A stretch of 63,069 bases of DNA, filler included. It is 11 parts of 11 records of this genome, joined end to end, with 100 filler letters (N's around TTAATTAATTAA, not from the genome) between each part and the next. Parts side by side here need not be neighbours in the genome. Positions count along the whole stretch, not along the records: positions 12,827 to 16,019 come from SRR15195285_1378; positions 16,120 to 23,169 come from SRR15195285_1384; positions 23,270 to 27,550 come from SRR15195285_1390; 8 more parts are not named here. One strand, given 5' to 3'. The number at the start of each line of letters is the position of its first letter. Within the stretch, counting starts at the first letter, position 1. Positions 12,827 through 25,022 of this stretch are shown in pieces. The translations under genes and the position numbers were made by a program. A model generated the notes under the pieces. That model did no database searches and was not told where the DNA came from. It worked only from the letters and a program-made list of their open reading frames with translations.

Positions 12827-13606
12827 GTATGTTTGACTTTTTCATACTGTGTACATTATTTCAATCTAACGCCTGCATTGATTCTACGAGTTTTAGTCCC
12901 ATGCTGCAGTACCCAGATTGAGCTCGAACTCAACCTTGTCGACAACCGCGGGATCCTCTCCATGATCCTCTCATGATCCAGGTGTAACCGGAGTATCCTC
13001 GCTGATCTGTCAACCGGCGTGCCAGGGTAGAGATTGGTGGTGCATCGGGCGCATTTCTGTTGTGTCAGTCAGCAGTGCACTTGCACACTAGCTCCTGACC
13101 TGCAGGCTGTGCACGCCGCCAGAAGGTGATGATCGCGCATCTAGAAGCGGGCGACGTTTTTGTGTGAGTAGCAGTCAAGTGGAAGCCCACCGCTGCTAGC
13201 CAACCTGCATGCCGCGTCTCGCACTGCCGCTGACTAACTCGTGAGGCTCTTCGCTGATTGTAGCTGGGACGATCGCTGTTTGCATTGCAATGCACCTGGT
13301 GTCGGTGAGGGGGACGCCACACCGCAACTTTCGCGTGCCGCGGCCTACGTCAGCTTTACTCCCAAGCGCTTGGCGTCAGAGGAGACGCTGGCGATCCGTC
13401 GCCTGATGCCACAGCGCCACTTATTCACTGGTCATGCATCCCGGCACGTTGCTGGGCCTCGAGGAGGATTTCGAAATCGAGGGACCGTATTTGACGAAAT
13501 AGAAGGGCAGCCAAAATGGCGGCCAGGTGATCGAGATGCGACCGGCAAGTACATTATCGCACGGCCTGCCAAGTTGAACGACTATTGTCGGGAGATTCTA
13601 GGGTAA
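12827..13606 (+). CDS. 3' part of a second PhyH-like 2OG-Fe(II) dioxygenase (5' partial, intron-containing)
   Basis: Splicing the GTGAGT..TAG intron (about 13164-13263) gives LEAGDVFVWDDRCLHCN, followed by R..AYVSFTPK..A....L..R. This is the GD..(W)D.R..H.N / R.V.Y signature of the family. Confidence 0.65.
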
Positions 13607-13812
13607 AACTCAATTGTGAACCTTTCAATTGTCACTGGATAAATTTTGTACTATCTGACACCCTTCAGATGGGCTCTCCGAGTAGATCATACATCAGATT
13701 CGTGTGCCAGCAGTATCATGTGCCAGTCGCATGCGATGAGCCATTGAATCGGCACAATGTCACCATTTTGAGTTTTATAAGCACGTCCATTGTTGCCTAT
13801 GAATCGTAGCCA

Positions 13813-15718
13813 TCACATTGGCCCCGGCTTTGGATTTCCTTTCCAAGGGGCCGTTCGTACTACCCAGTCGACCTCAAAGCCATCGTCGTCGTCGTCAGGT
13901 GCTGCAACCTCCCACTCTAACACGAAAGACGAACGTGTTCGGTTGGCACTCGGAGCCCATACGCCACCGGAACGGAAGTTGGCAGTCGCCAACACCTGAT
14001 ACTTGCCTGGCATATGGCCAGCTAGCGGAACAAGGGCGCTGGTAGCGCCAGGGCGGACATGAACAGAACCTGAGGTTGAATCTTGCATTGAGAAAATCTG
14101 TGGACCACCAGTGAAGCCAACGGTGACATTTCGAACGCTGGGAGGCTCTACGACAATGGTGTGACCCGTGCGACCAGTATATCCTGCCCCGCTAGTGCAG
14201 TTGGACCCAGTCTTGATGTACGGGCTGTCAGTTCCCAGCCGCCACTCATCTCCATCGAGAAGACATCCATGCGCACTGACGTTGTGATTGTCGAAACTCG
14301 CACCCATGTTGAACACAACTGAACCATCACAACACATCAGGACAGTGCGCAATGGCGAGTGCACTGAACACTAGAAATGCGTGCGCTTCGGCGTGCGCAC
14401 CAGATTCATCAGAAGTGGCAATGGGACCGTGGAATGATCCACCGATAATGTACAGTGGACCTCGGGACCGATAGCTGATCACATTGCCATCGCTGCCACC
14501 AAGTGTGGTAGCTGATACATCGACTAGCATGTCAGTGAAACGCGAGCGTGTGTTTGTTGGCCAGTGGGTTGCATTATTCCGATAAATACCATTGCAGCCT
14601 TCGTTGCGTACTCCGCTTATTCGCAGCGGGGGGCCGTTCGAGTCGACGAGCCATGCGGTGCAAAACACGGAGCTTGACACGACATTTTCAATGTTCGCTG
14701 TTGGTCCCCCACCTCCGACCTTTGCCCCTCCGACCGGACCTTTTGGTTTGTCAAGCAGCGCCGGACAGTGTTCCTTAGCGTACTCAGGCAGTTCTTCCCA
14801 CGAAATCTCTGTGACATCGTCCTGGTCTGTCAACACAGTCGCGGTGCCGTCCGCACCCCGAGGAATCGCAGGTGACGCGGCAATCTGCTGCTGTGTGCGT
14901 ACAGACCGCCCCGATGATCCCTGATAAGTCCAGGCCGATCCGTAAAACTGGTTAGCATGGATAGCAGTGAAGTGGATCTCTGCGACGTTCGCTCCAAACA
15001 ACACGAAGCAGTGTCGCGCGCCCATGCATTCAACTCGCTCCACTACGCTCCCAACAAGATCAGGGCTCAACGGGTCGCCGATCTGCATGCCAATGTCGAG
15101 GCCTTCAAAGTTTAAGTCCTGAAATAGATTGTCTTTGCCACCATTTGTACCAAAGTCCCAGCCTGCCCTGTATCGAATCCCAGTAATGGACGGAACCCAG
15201 AGACCGTGCAGCGTCATTCTTTTGATCTGACAGTGCCACGGTGCTGGCATCTCAATCATCACATTATCAGGAGCACCGACCCAAGTCAGCCGCGTTCCAC
15301 CCTCGTAGACATCACCCGTTGTGCCACCCGTTCCCAGCAGCGTGAGTCCGCGTGGTAGATCAGTGCCCGATAGGCCGGCGGCACATGCCCACACAGACGC
15401 CAGATTGTGCGTGTGGTGCAGCTGACTGCATGCGTCGCCGGGTCGAGTGCGCGCAAAACGAATGGGCGTCGATACGTTCAGGTCACCGGGTGGAAGCTGG
15501 ACTACAGCTGTGCCCCTGCCGACGTCAATCGCATGTGAGATCGCTGCATTGATCTTCTGACCCCAGCAGTCCCCAGGAAAATTTTCGGCGTACAAGGTGT
15601 ACGCGATTGTTCCGTTCATTCCGTAGACATTTGTCGGCGAAGTGCTGCCGGGAAACACGCCTGTAAGACCGCCGGGGCCGAAGGCAGCCACCGTCAGGGC
15701 TAGGACCCACGCTTTCAT
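13813..15718 (-). CDS. Secreted right-handed beta-helix (pectin-lyase-like) protein
   Basis: Signal peptide MKAWVLALTVAAFG and a beta-helix cap pattern (KINAAI..A...G..VVQLPPG; GLTLLG.G...GTRL.W.G). Intron 14319-14400 (GTGCGC..TTCAG) joins ORFs 14327-15859 and 13813-14364 in frame. Confidence 0.65.
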
Positions 15719-16119
15719 CGCCTCCCCGACCAAGACGTCACGCAGCGCCTCCGGGAGCAAGCCGCGGCGGTCGCGCTCTCGCGCGACACGTGTGTACGCA
15801 GGTGGGCCGTGCATTCTGGGCACTTCAGACGAATGCAGAATTTCCAGACCACAATTCATTCACAGATCACACCCGCGCGCGCGTGTCTGGACCACAGTAT
15901 TAAGTATTCATTTTTCGGGCCGTTAAAATCGAAACCCCTCAGGCTGGGTTGGATTGATGGATTCTTGTGCAGTATATAGAACGCACCGGTAAATGCAGCA
16001 GACTCCGCGGACCGCCCCGNNNNNNNNNNNNNNNNNNNNNNNNNNNNNNNNNNNNNNNNNNNNTTAATTAATTAANNNNNNNNNNNNNNNNNNNNNNNNN
16101 NNNNNNNNNNNNNNNNNNN

Positions 16120-19100
16120 AAGATCAAGCAGACCACTCAGACCAGGCAGGTTTGACAGATAGTATCGCACCGATGCTTGGATGCGCGGTGTGCACGAAGT
16201 ACACGGCGACGGCGTACGGCGACCAACTGGTGGTTCACAGGCGGGCAAACGGCAGGCAAGTGTTCTGTGTACAGCCTGTGCCGAAGGAACCGCTGCAGAG
16301 CCAGATGCCGTCCAATGCACCGATCACATTCCAAGCTGGTGCAGGCTGCCAACAGCTCGTCTGCATTGCGGGGCGTAAAAGTGTGATCGTCTTTGAAGTT
16401 CCGGATGGAAAAGAGCTGTTTCGAAAGTGTTTCGAGATAGTCAACTACGCGGGGTACAGTGCAGATGGCTCAAAGCTCATTATTGGCGGTAGTTTTGGCG
16501 CTGAGGTTTACGAGGCCGCAACTCAGGAAAAACTGGCTACGTTCCCTCAGCTAGGGTTCACGTCCAAGTGCGCGATTGACGCCAAGCTTCGGTTCTTTGT
16601 CGCAGCACATGGTGCGAGCGACGCGGGCGATGCGGGCGTCACAGTCTTTGACTTCAAGAGTGGCCAAGTGATTCATCACTATGGAAAGGACGGCTGCGAC
16701 ATGGCTATGGACACCAGTGGCTCGCGTCTGGCAATTCAGCGTTTCAGCAAGAAGGGCGTGACGATGATCGCCACAGAGACCGGCCAGGACCTGATGCACT
16801 GGGCAGACACGCCGCCAGGGATGGGGATGAGTTTCTCGCCAGGGCAAGGCAAATTATTGATGTGCATCGAGCGCCCAGGGGGGCTGTGGACAGCAGGGGC
16901 CGTCACACTATACTCCACCGTCGCACCGTTCGAGCAGCCTGCGAATAGCATCCTGATGCGGCACATCTGCTTTCCCCCTGGGAACATCCCGGGCCATGCT
17001 CTCGGATTTGTACCATCCGACCATGTATCTGACTCTAGCTCCTTTGTCCCGGATGAGATATTTGCGGGAATTGAGGGGAGTATCTTCTTTTCGGAGGTCA
17101 ATCACTTCTTGCTCGCTGCGCATGATGGTGCGTTCTCTGCGCAGGAGCTGGTGTGGATCACCGTGAGTGCGCCTGAGCTGATCCCAATGGTGGCTTCGAA
17201 GCACCCTTTGCGGGTCAATCATTTTAGGGATGACCAGTTTACGACCGAGTCGATAACGTCGCACCATAGATGTGGAATGCAGGACGGAGACAGCGTGCTG
17301 CACGTATGTGTGCGGGGCGGGAAGATCAAGGAGCTGGAAGCGTGGATGGACAACGCAGTCTACGTGCCCCTTACCGACAAGAACGGGAGTACAGCTTTGT
17401 CGGAATCTGTAATGCGGCATGAGTACGAGATTACTCGGTTTCTGATCGGGAGGCTATCCCGCTTCATCTCCGAGGATGGCTCTGAGTCACTGACTACGAC
17501 GCTCAAGCTTCTGGCACAGGAGATGCCTCAGCTCTGCCTACACTTTCTGCAGCAAATTGAAGGCCCTATTACGCGACCACTTGCAGCGTTCCGGACGTCC
17601 TACTGTCGGACGGAGGTATACGGGCATGAGAACCGCAAACTTCAGTCCCTTGGCTGGCTGGCCATGACCAACAAAGCCGCGGGCACCACCTCCGTCATGA
17701 ACATGGGCTTTGCTGACATTGCTGATATTGCTGACGACGAGGTCGACTCTGAGGCCAACATTCCGCAGATCTGGGCAGACAACGGCTTCTTTCCCGCGGG
17801 ACGAAAGAACAATGGCTTCTGTCTGGCCAGGAAGAACAGGGCCAGTTGCATGCAGACGGAACGGAACGGTCGGATCTACCAGAAAGTACTAGTGGAATCC
17901 AAGGTCGTGCTACTGGCAGGTCTGCTTGGCCACGTGAAGGACGAGCTCTCGCCGTTCCACGCGATCGTGCGATACTGCCCGGCGACCGTTTTCAATTCAA
18001 AGGTGTTGCAGCTTGCTGTCCAGTACAAGTGGGAAGGAGAAAATGGGATCGCGGTGTGTGTGCTGAACCAGTTCATTTTCCGCTTCATTTGCGACGCCCT
18101 CCTCTCGACTGTGGCGATGATCGCGAGCAGCAAACAAGCATCCTCTGGGTCAGGGTCCCCTTGGTCAGGGTCCATCCAACGCGCTGGCGACGAGCATGAC
18201 CTGTGGGTGTCCACATGTGTGGCACTGGCTGTGTGGCTGCAAATGGTTGTCTTGAAAAACGAATTCAAGCAACTGGCACACTCGGGCGTGCGAGACTACT
18301 GCAGTGATAAATGGAACTATTTAGATATTGGAGCTGCACTGGGCATCTTGCTAGCGGCTGCCGGTCATTTCGGTGACCAGGGGAGACCCAATTCTGAGCA
18401 GCAATGGGTGATACAACTGGGGCATGGGGTTGGGGTGCATCAATACAACGACGACAGACGCGCGACATTTGTGGAGTTCTTCGGCGCGCTTGGCGTGACG
18501 ATGAAGTGGATCGCAAGCCTCCAAGCGTTGAAAGCCTTCCCCCAGACCGGTCCTCTCGTCCGCATGATTGAGGTCATTATAGACGACATGAGCTCATTCT
18601 TGATCGTCCTGGGCTTCTCTCTCGTGGCCGTGACATCGTTCTTCATCATCAACAGCCCAACAAGCCCTCTCTTTGCAACGGACCATCCGATAATCGGACA
18701 ACTGTGGCCTATGATCACAGCCTTCACGTGGTCTATCGGAGGGTTTCCTGACACCGAAGGGAGCAACTTCTCGTTCTTGGCGTACGTCATATTCGTTCTC
18801 TACTCCATGTTTGTGCTGGTCGTCCTGATGAACCTCTTGATCGCTATTATGTCCGATTCGTACCAGAAGGTCAAGCAATTCGAGTTTGTCGAAGAGCTAC
18901 ACGGCCGTGCTAAGCTTATCGTCGACATGGAGCTGCAACACCCTAAGCCGTTCAGGCGAGGAATTTTCGGCTGTGGCAAGAAGCGTGATTTCAACTACGC
19001 TGGCTACATGCACATAGCTGAGAGAAAGGAAGCAGAGGCGCAGTACACAGCAGAATCAGCCACCGAGGTCATGCTCGCCAAGATCTTGCGCGGGCAGGAG

Positions 19101-19499
19101 CAGATGCTGAAAGTCCAAGGGTTGAGCTCCGAACAAGTGAAGGGTGTGAATTCCAAGATGGCCCAGCCGGTACACCTTCAGTCGACCTTAACAGAGGCGC
19201 AGTCGACCTTGACAATGGCGAAGCGTGCGACATCTGTGAAGCCACCAAGCGATGACCTCTCAGTGACAACAGATCGGATCGCGGAGCTTGTTAAGGCTGG
19301 CTGGATCAGCAAGGAGGAGAGTGACCTTCTGGACGACTTGATTGCCGACTATGTGGCTGCGCAACAGGACAGCCGTAGCCCAGCCGCTGCAAAATCCATG
19401 GCACCAGCCCGCACGATAATGGACCTCTCCAAGGCTTTCAAGGACGATGAGCGCTTTGTGCGGCAGGTGCAGCGAAGCCTCGCCAATTTACCCGTATGA
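16120..19499 (+). CDS. TRP-like cation channel with N-terminal WD40-like beta-propeller and ankyrin repeats (5' partial)
   Basis: Propeller blades (YSADGSKLIIGG, FSPGQGKLL), ankyrin motifs (GDSVLHVCV..G; DKNGSTALSES), QYKW, WNYLD, TGPLVRMI, and pore/S6 VVLMNLLIAIMSDSYQKV. Confidence 0.85.
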
Positions 19500-20352
19500 T
19501 TACGCTTCGCTAGTTCGTGGGGTGAGTTTGGAATTGTCAAAATTTGGAAATCAGTTTTGAACTGAGAGATAGTTCGCATTATAGATACTGATCAGACAGC
19601 CGAGTGCTGCAGCTCAGCATGGAGTGTCTTTATTGAGGTCACGATCAGGCGAAACAATTCCAATGGCACCAGGTAGGAGATGGAAGCTGGTCACTAGTAA
19701 ACTTGAACAATGCTTCTTGGATGCCACTGGCGGCCCATTCATAGCGGAAGCTCCGAGAGAGAGGCTCTCAATGCAGAAATAAACCCGAATTCTTCTGCAA
19801 AACCGCACTCTAATGCCGGGCGAGGGGGCAACGGAGATCGCACAACAGATAGCGAAAGTTCGCACAGAGTTGCAGACCGAATTCCAGGATTGTAGTGGGC
19901 AGCTTGGCCTTCTGTGCTAGCGAGGCCAGATACATGCCCACATACAGCACGGCGGGTAAAGTGGCACAACCTGGTGGTGGCTGGCTCTCACTAGTAAGGG
20001 CAGCTGTACCGAGACCTTCTCACAACGAAGCCTGCAATAAATCAGTTGGTACACACACTCTGACAGTTGCAGTGCAGTGCACACTGCCTGCAATTCATGT
20101 AGTTGGTGAGCTGCACGCACATCCCCAAATGCTCCACTCGCAACGATGCCTTCTAGCCTACTTCGCAGATAGTAGCATCGGCGTGTCGATGACTCAGATC
20201 TGATGTACGAGCGTGGCACAAATAGGCACATACGATGCGTGTATACTGGCTCTTATACTTGCGGTCACACGAAGATCTGCACATTTACCCGATAACCTAT
20301 ATGATTTATAGCTACTCGTGGCATCATCTTGCCACAGCTAACCTCCATCACA

Positions 20353-22230
20353 TCATAGCCGTGCTGTTGCCTCGGCTGACACCTCTTCTAGCTCCTCTCG
20401 GCCTGCGTACACAGCCTGCACAGCGGACTCCATTCGCTCGCAAACCGCATCTACATCAGTCGTCGGCGGAAAACTCAGCCGCACAAGCTGCACACCGTCC
20501 TTCGCCTGCTTGGCTTTGTCCTCCTCAGCGATCACTCCTTGCGTCGACGTCGCAGGGACAGTGCAATAAACCAAGCCGTTGTCTTGCCCGAAGCTCACGC
20601 ACGCCTTGAAACGAGAGCCCGGCTCACCCTGGTCAACAGTCAGTAGGTCCACATAGCGCTGCGCAAGCCCCATATTTTCCTCACTCGATGCGCCCACCGG
20701 TGCAGGCAGATTGAAACTGAACGTTGATGAGGTGAAGCCACCTGCCATGGCCTGCTCGGGTGAGATGTATGCTAGTGGCATATCCTCGCCGGTTACGCTT
20801 TGGACTGCAGCACACAGCCGCTCACCAACCTCAACAGTCACCCCGTACGCCGCACGGCAACGCTCCTCCACACCCTTGTGGTTCCTCACCAGCGCGAGGA
20901 TTTGGTCAGGACAAGCATTCGTGTCGAGAATGATACTAACACCTTCAATTTGACGCAGTACTGCAGTAGCCTGAGGCGTGCGGTTCGATATAATCGCGCC
21001 GGCCGTCGTCATACCTCGAGACACGGCTTTGCTCATAGACACGAAGACCATCGCCGGAAGATCTGGCGCAAGGCTCCCAATTTGCGCCAAGATCTGCGAC
21101 GCCGGTGCAAATGTTGTGTCCACGATTAGCAGTATTTCCTTCTGCGTCTGCTGCCTGTATTGGTGCACAGAGTCGACTAGTTTTTGAATGTCGGGCACCT
21201 TCTGGTCCGGATTGGTCGGGATTTCGACAAACACTGCGGTTAATGGCAAGTCGCTGCCTGTCGCTGCGAGCGCACCCAGTGATTCCTGGATGCTCTCATC
21301 GATAAGAGCATCGCCTTGGATGTCGAAAGTCCATTTGCAAAATCTGTCCGTTCGCTCAGCGATGAGGTCCGTGCACTGGCTGCAGCCGCCATAAGCCGTG
21401 GAGCACATCAACACATCGACACCGCCGCGTGTGACCAGTGACAACCACAGCGAAATGAGTGCGGAGAGCCCCGCAGTAAATATCTGTGGTGGTACGTTCA
21501 TATCAGGTGGGGTGCCGCACATTTCCTGCAAGTGCGTAAAGAACTCCTCGACTGCCTCAGCCTCTGCACGCTCTGAGTCAGCAGCGGGAATGCGTCCTGC
21601 GAGCCTCTCAAGCTCCGCCTCGACCGCCGGTGTCGTCATCGGCGTGGCCATTCGCTTGCGAATGACCAGAATCTCTTCGGGATCAATGGCCACGAGGTCA
21701 ATAATGTACAGTATGCTGTCACCAACGATGCCGTGCGCACGGTCCGCGCCCTCGACGCCGTCCACCACAAGCACCAAGTCGTCCACGTCGCTGACCACAG
21801 GAGGCGAGCCGGAGTGGCACTCCACTGTTGCACCGATGAGCTCGAGGACCTCACACTGTGTTGGCGTAAGTGGTGCTGGCAAATTGCCATGAAACAGCCG
21901 GACAGTGCGGCCGGTCGAGATGAGACCCACCGCGATGAAGGGCATCGTGGTCGAGGCGAATGACCACACGCGCTCTACCCCCCACGATGGGTCCTGTCGC
22001 TTGGCAAGCACGCACTCGAGCGTCGTCGAAATATTGGTGGCCACACGTAGGTAGTCCTCGGCATTCCCCAGCGCCACCAGATCTTCCACGGTGATCGGCG
22101 TCTCCCGCTCGAGTAGGCCGAGCAGATTGTCGCTGAACTGCTCTCGCCCGAGCAGCTCAGAGTTCTTGAAGGTGGTGCCACGCCAGTCGTCGGGCAGGTT
22201 GTCCAACAGGCCGCCCAGGGAGGCCTCCAT
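20353..22230 (-). CDS. Cys/Met metabolism PLP-dependent enzyme (cystathionine gamma-lyase/synthase-like, long form) with C-terminal PTS1
   Basis: Single 625-aa ORF with GLSA, YGG, VEIPTNP, IVDTTFA, PLP-Lys in SMSK, VSFG and LVRLS motifs. It ends in -ARL. Confidence 0.85.
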   Translation of the reverse strand: MEASLGGLLDNLPDDWRGTTFKNSELLGREQFSDNLLGLLERETPITVEDLVALGNAEDYLRVATNISTTLECVLAKRQDPSWGVERVWSFASTTMPFIAVGLISTGRTVRLFHGNLPAPLTPTQCEVLELIGATVECHSGSPPVVSDVDDLVLVVDGVEGADRAHGIVGDSILYIIDLVAIDPEEILVIRKRMATPMTTPAVEAELERLAGRIPAADSERAEAEAVEEFFTHLQEMCGTPPDMNVPPQIFTAGLSALISLWLSLVTRGGVDVLMCSTAYGGCSQCTDLIAERTDRFCKWTFDIQGDALIDESIQESLGALAATGSDLPLTAVFVEIPTNPDQKVPDIQKLVDSVHQYRQQTQKEILLIVDTTFAPASQILAQIGSLAPDLPAMVFVSMSKAVSRGMTTAGAIISNRTPQATAVLRQIEGVSIILDTNACPDQILALVRNHKGVEERCRAAYGVTVEVGERLCAAVQSVTGEDMPLAYISPEQAMAGGFTSSTFSFNLPAPVGASSEENMGLAQRYVDLLTVDQGEPGSRFKACVSFGQDNGLVYCTVPATSTQGVIAEEDKAKQAKDGVQLVRLSFPPTTDVDAVCERMESAVQAVYAGREELEEVSAEATARL

Positions 22231-23083
22231 GGTGGCCCAGCCGCGAGTGCTGCTCGCCCGATGCTTTCCCGCGCTGCTGTGGTCTTCTTTGTAGACTGCC
22301 CAGCTGGTTTCCAGCGCTGCTGCAGGTTAGGGATGAACGGCTACTAGTAGAGAGATTTGCTTGCTGCCTGACTCGGCGAGCCGGACGGCTCCCCTCGTCG
22401 ACGACGACTGCATGCGTCGAATGCTCCCGCACCGGCCGCGTGACATGACTCGAGTGACTTCTCCGCACCACGGTTACCACCGCTCGCGCAATCATGATAG
22501 CAATTTCCGTACTGTTTCGTCCTTGAGCGGAGAACAGCACTCAGCATCTGCATAAGAACAGTAGAACACGAGTGCATGCCGGGTGATGTGGCGAACACTG
22601 GAAGCGGTCCGTCAGTCGCGAGTCTCGATCAGCCAGCCTTGACAAACGTTGGCATGAGGCATTGGAATTTGGCGACGGCGATTGGCGTTGAGACTCAGAT
22701 TGCGCAGGAGTTCAAGAACAGGCGACCCGTGAAGCACCCGACTTCTATAACTCGCATTTATGAAGCCATCAATTACTTGATTGATATTACTATTTAGATA
22801 CAAAGTATACGAGTTAGAAACGGCGCAGTGTACCCGCTCTTGGCCAGACCCGGAGACCAGACCGACGGCACGGACCGAGCTGCAGGTTGAGCTGTGCGTG
22901 GGCGCGGGGGGTGTGCACGCGCTGCTACCACGGTTTGGAGGGTGGCTCCCCGCCGTCACGGATTGAGGGCAGCGGGAGCAGCCTCAGCTGGTCGTCAGCA
23001 GCTCGGCACGGCACGGCCGGCACGGCCGGCACGAAAGCCGGGCGTGAGTAGCGGGTGTGGTGCCTGCGTGTAGTCGGACCGAG

Positions 23084-23169
23084 ATGCCGCCGCGTGGGCG
23101 TGCACTGGGGCGCTCAATGTCGGTTAAAGATATGAAGGCCGAGCGGGACGCGAAGCTTGCGCAGCGAGA
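23084..23169 (+). CDS. 5' end of a hypothetical protein (MPPRGRALGRSMSVKDMKAERDAKLAQR...), cut by the contig end
   Basis: ATG with a coding-like open frame running to the gap. Confidence 0.4.
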
Positions 23170-23269
23170 NNNNNNNNNNNNNNNNNNNNNNNNNNNNNNN
23201 NNNNNNNNNNNNNTTAATTAATTAANNNNNNNNNNNNNNNNNNNNNNNNNNNNNNNNNNNNNNNNNNNN

Positions 23270-23575
23270 CCACCCCCCCCCCCCCCCCCCCCCCCCCAAT
23301 GCGTGCACCGCCGCGGTCGGGACTCAGGCGAATCAATACACATTGAGCAGGTAGCAGAAAGAAAGACTGGTAGATATCGTGGTTTGCAGAGTATCGCAAG
23401 CAAGAGCGCCTATAAATGGTTGGGCGGACTCACAACGACCTAGCCCATGTACTTCTGCTGTGGATTGATGCGCTTCCACAGCGTTGCGTGGTGGGTGTGA
23501 ACTTCCTCCTGGCAGGTTGCTTTCCTGTATGTATGCACGGACCTCCGCGATGCGTGGGAACGTGCGAGCTGCCAT
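23270..23575 (-). CDS. 5' exon(s) of a gene, possibly an enolase-superfamily (rhamnonate dehydratase-like) enzyme
   Basis: MAARTFPRIAEVRAYI resembles the 'P.I..VRA(Y/F)' first strand of this family and is followed by a GTGAGT donor. The remainder is lost at the poly-C/gap. Confidence 0.3.
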
Positions 23576-24130
23576 TTCGGGCCAGCTCGCTTGCTGCCGT
23601 CCGTCCGTCGCTCCGCCCGGGTCCTAGGAGACAGCTTCCACACACGTCCGTCCACGCACTCTCCCGTCTCCGATCCGTCCCGCGCGGTCCGGGCGGCGGC
23701 GGCGCGGGGCGGCCGTGCGATCGATGCATGCGTGCCCACGTGCACTCGCGTGCCGCGGAGCTGTGGGCTGACGTCCCCGCCGGCCCGCGCGCCTCGCTCC
23801 GCCGCCGCGGGCTAGATCGTATATATTCGAATATATGCTACTTGCTAGCTCCGCGCGCCGCGGCCGGCGCTTCCATGCACCTGTACGGCCGCGCGGTGGC
23901 CAGCCAGTGCACGTGCGCAGGTTCCGGAACTTCCCCCCCATAATACGTACTGGTACTCGTATCTCTGCTGTGCGCGCGTAGGATCCTAACTGAAGCGTTT
24001 TACGCCGGGCGGGGCTGCCGGCGCGCGCTTCGTCGCTCGCTGCCGCTCGGGGTCGCGATCCACCTACTGTGCAGCTTGGCGAAGGAGTGGGAGCCGGCTC
24101 GCTGGCTCTGGGTTCTCAGTTCTGCACGTG

Positions 24131-24883
24131 ATGCAGGCGGGGCAGCCCCCGCACACCGTGCGGCTCGTGGCGAACGGCTCTACCGCTGAGCCTATCCGCG
24201 TCCCACTGCCGCCGACTTTGGGTGCGCTGCTCGAGCTCTGTGGTGCCACGCTCCACATGGCAGCGCACAGCCTACTGGACGATGAAGGAGACGAGGTGAC
24301 GGACCTGCAGCAGCTTGGGGCAGACCAGCGACTGTTCGTGTGCGGCGGTGCAGACGAGCCGTTCCTCCGCAACCGGCCGAAACGATGTCAGCTGTTCCGG
24401 GTTGCACACGCAGACGCAGCAGCCACGCTCCACGGGTGGACTACAGTGCCGAGCGTGCAGGACGCGGCGGTGGCAAGATGGCATGAAGGTAAGGTTGTGG
24501 CGGTGCCAAACACTATGGCTGATCTTCGAGCCGTTGCAGCCGAACGTCTTGGACTCGGAGAAGCCGAAAGCATTAGATTTCGGTCTGCGGGTTCTGGGCT
24601 TTTGATCTTCGAGACTGCAGCCGTTGCCGACGACGACTTGGTGCTGGTGGAGACGCCCACGCCAGCGACTGCCGCAGCTGACGTGTGGCCACTGCTGAAT
24701 GGATCCTCCGTGCGCTCAACACGATTTGCTGCAGAGGCGCTAAGTAGAGATGGAGGAGCAAGTTTGCCGCGCAACCGTCAGCACCACATGCGACGTCGGC
24801 GGCGACCCAGCTCGAGTTCGTATTCGACAAGTAGTTTATCGCCTTCAGAAGACGACGATGACCCTTACTCTAGCAGCTACTAG
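24131..24883 (+). CDS. Protein with two KHA/doublecortin-like (ubiquitin-like fold) domains
   Basis: Two repeats of 'V.VP.T...L......L......L....G..(I/V)......DD..L.V', followed by a low-complexity R/S/D tail. Confidence 0.65.
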   Translation: MQAGQPPHTVRLVANGSTAEPIRVPLPPTLGALLELCGATLHMAAHSLLDDEGDEVTDLQQLGADQRLFVCGGADEPFLRNRPKRCQLFRVAHADAAATLHGWTTVPSVQDAAVARWHEGKVVAVPNTMADLRAVAAERLGLGEAESIRFRSAGSGLLIFETAAVADDDLVLVETPTPATAAADVWPLLNGSSVRSTRFAAEALSRDGGASLPRNRQHHMRRRRRPSSSSYSTSSLSPSEDDDDPYSSSY

Positions 24884-25022
24884 CTGCTCGTATGTTCGAA
24901 TCTTACAATTGGAGATGGTGTAATCACCAATTTACTGACGATCACTCGTCAGCGCACCCTTCCAAGTGCCGCCAACGAATGCTTCTGACACGTCACATCG
25001 CTTCTTACACATCACTGGGGAC

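Noticed and set aside
23270-23297. Poly-C run and other simple repeats at contig edges ((GCC)n near 48560, (GGC)n near 63042, (CAATGT)n near 30912)
   Set aside because: Low-complexity sequence that commonly terminates assemblies; no further structure.
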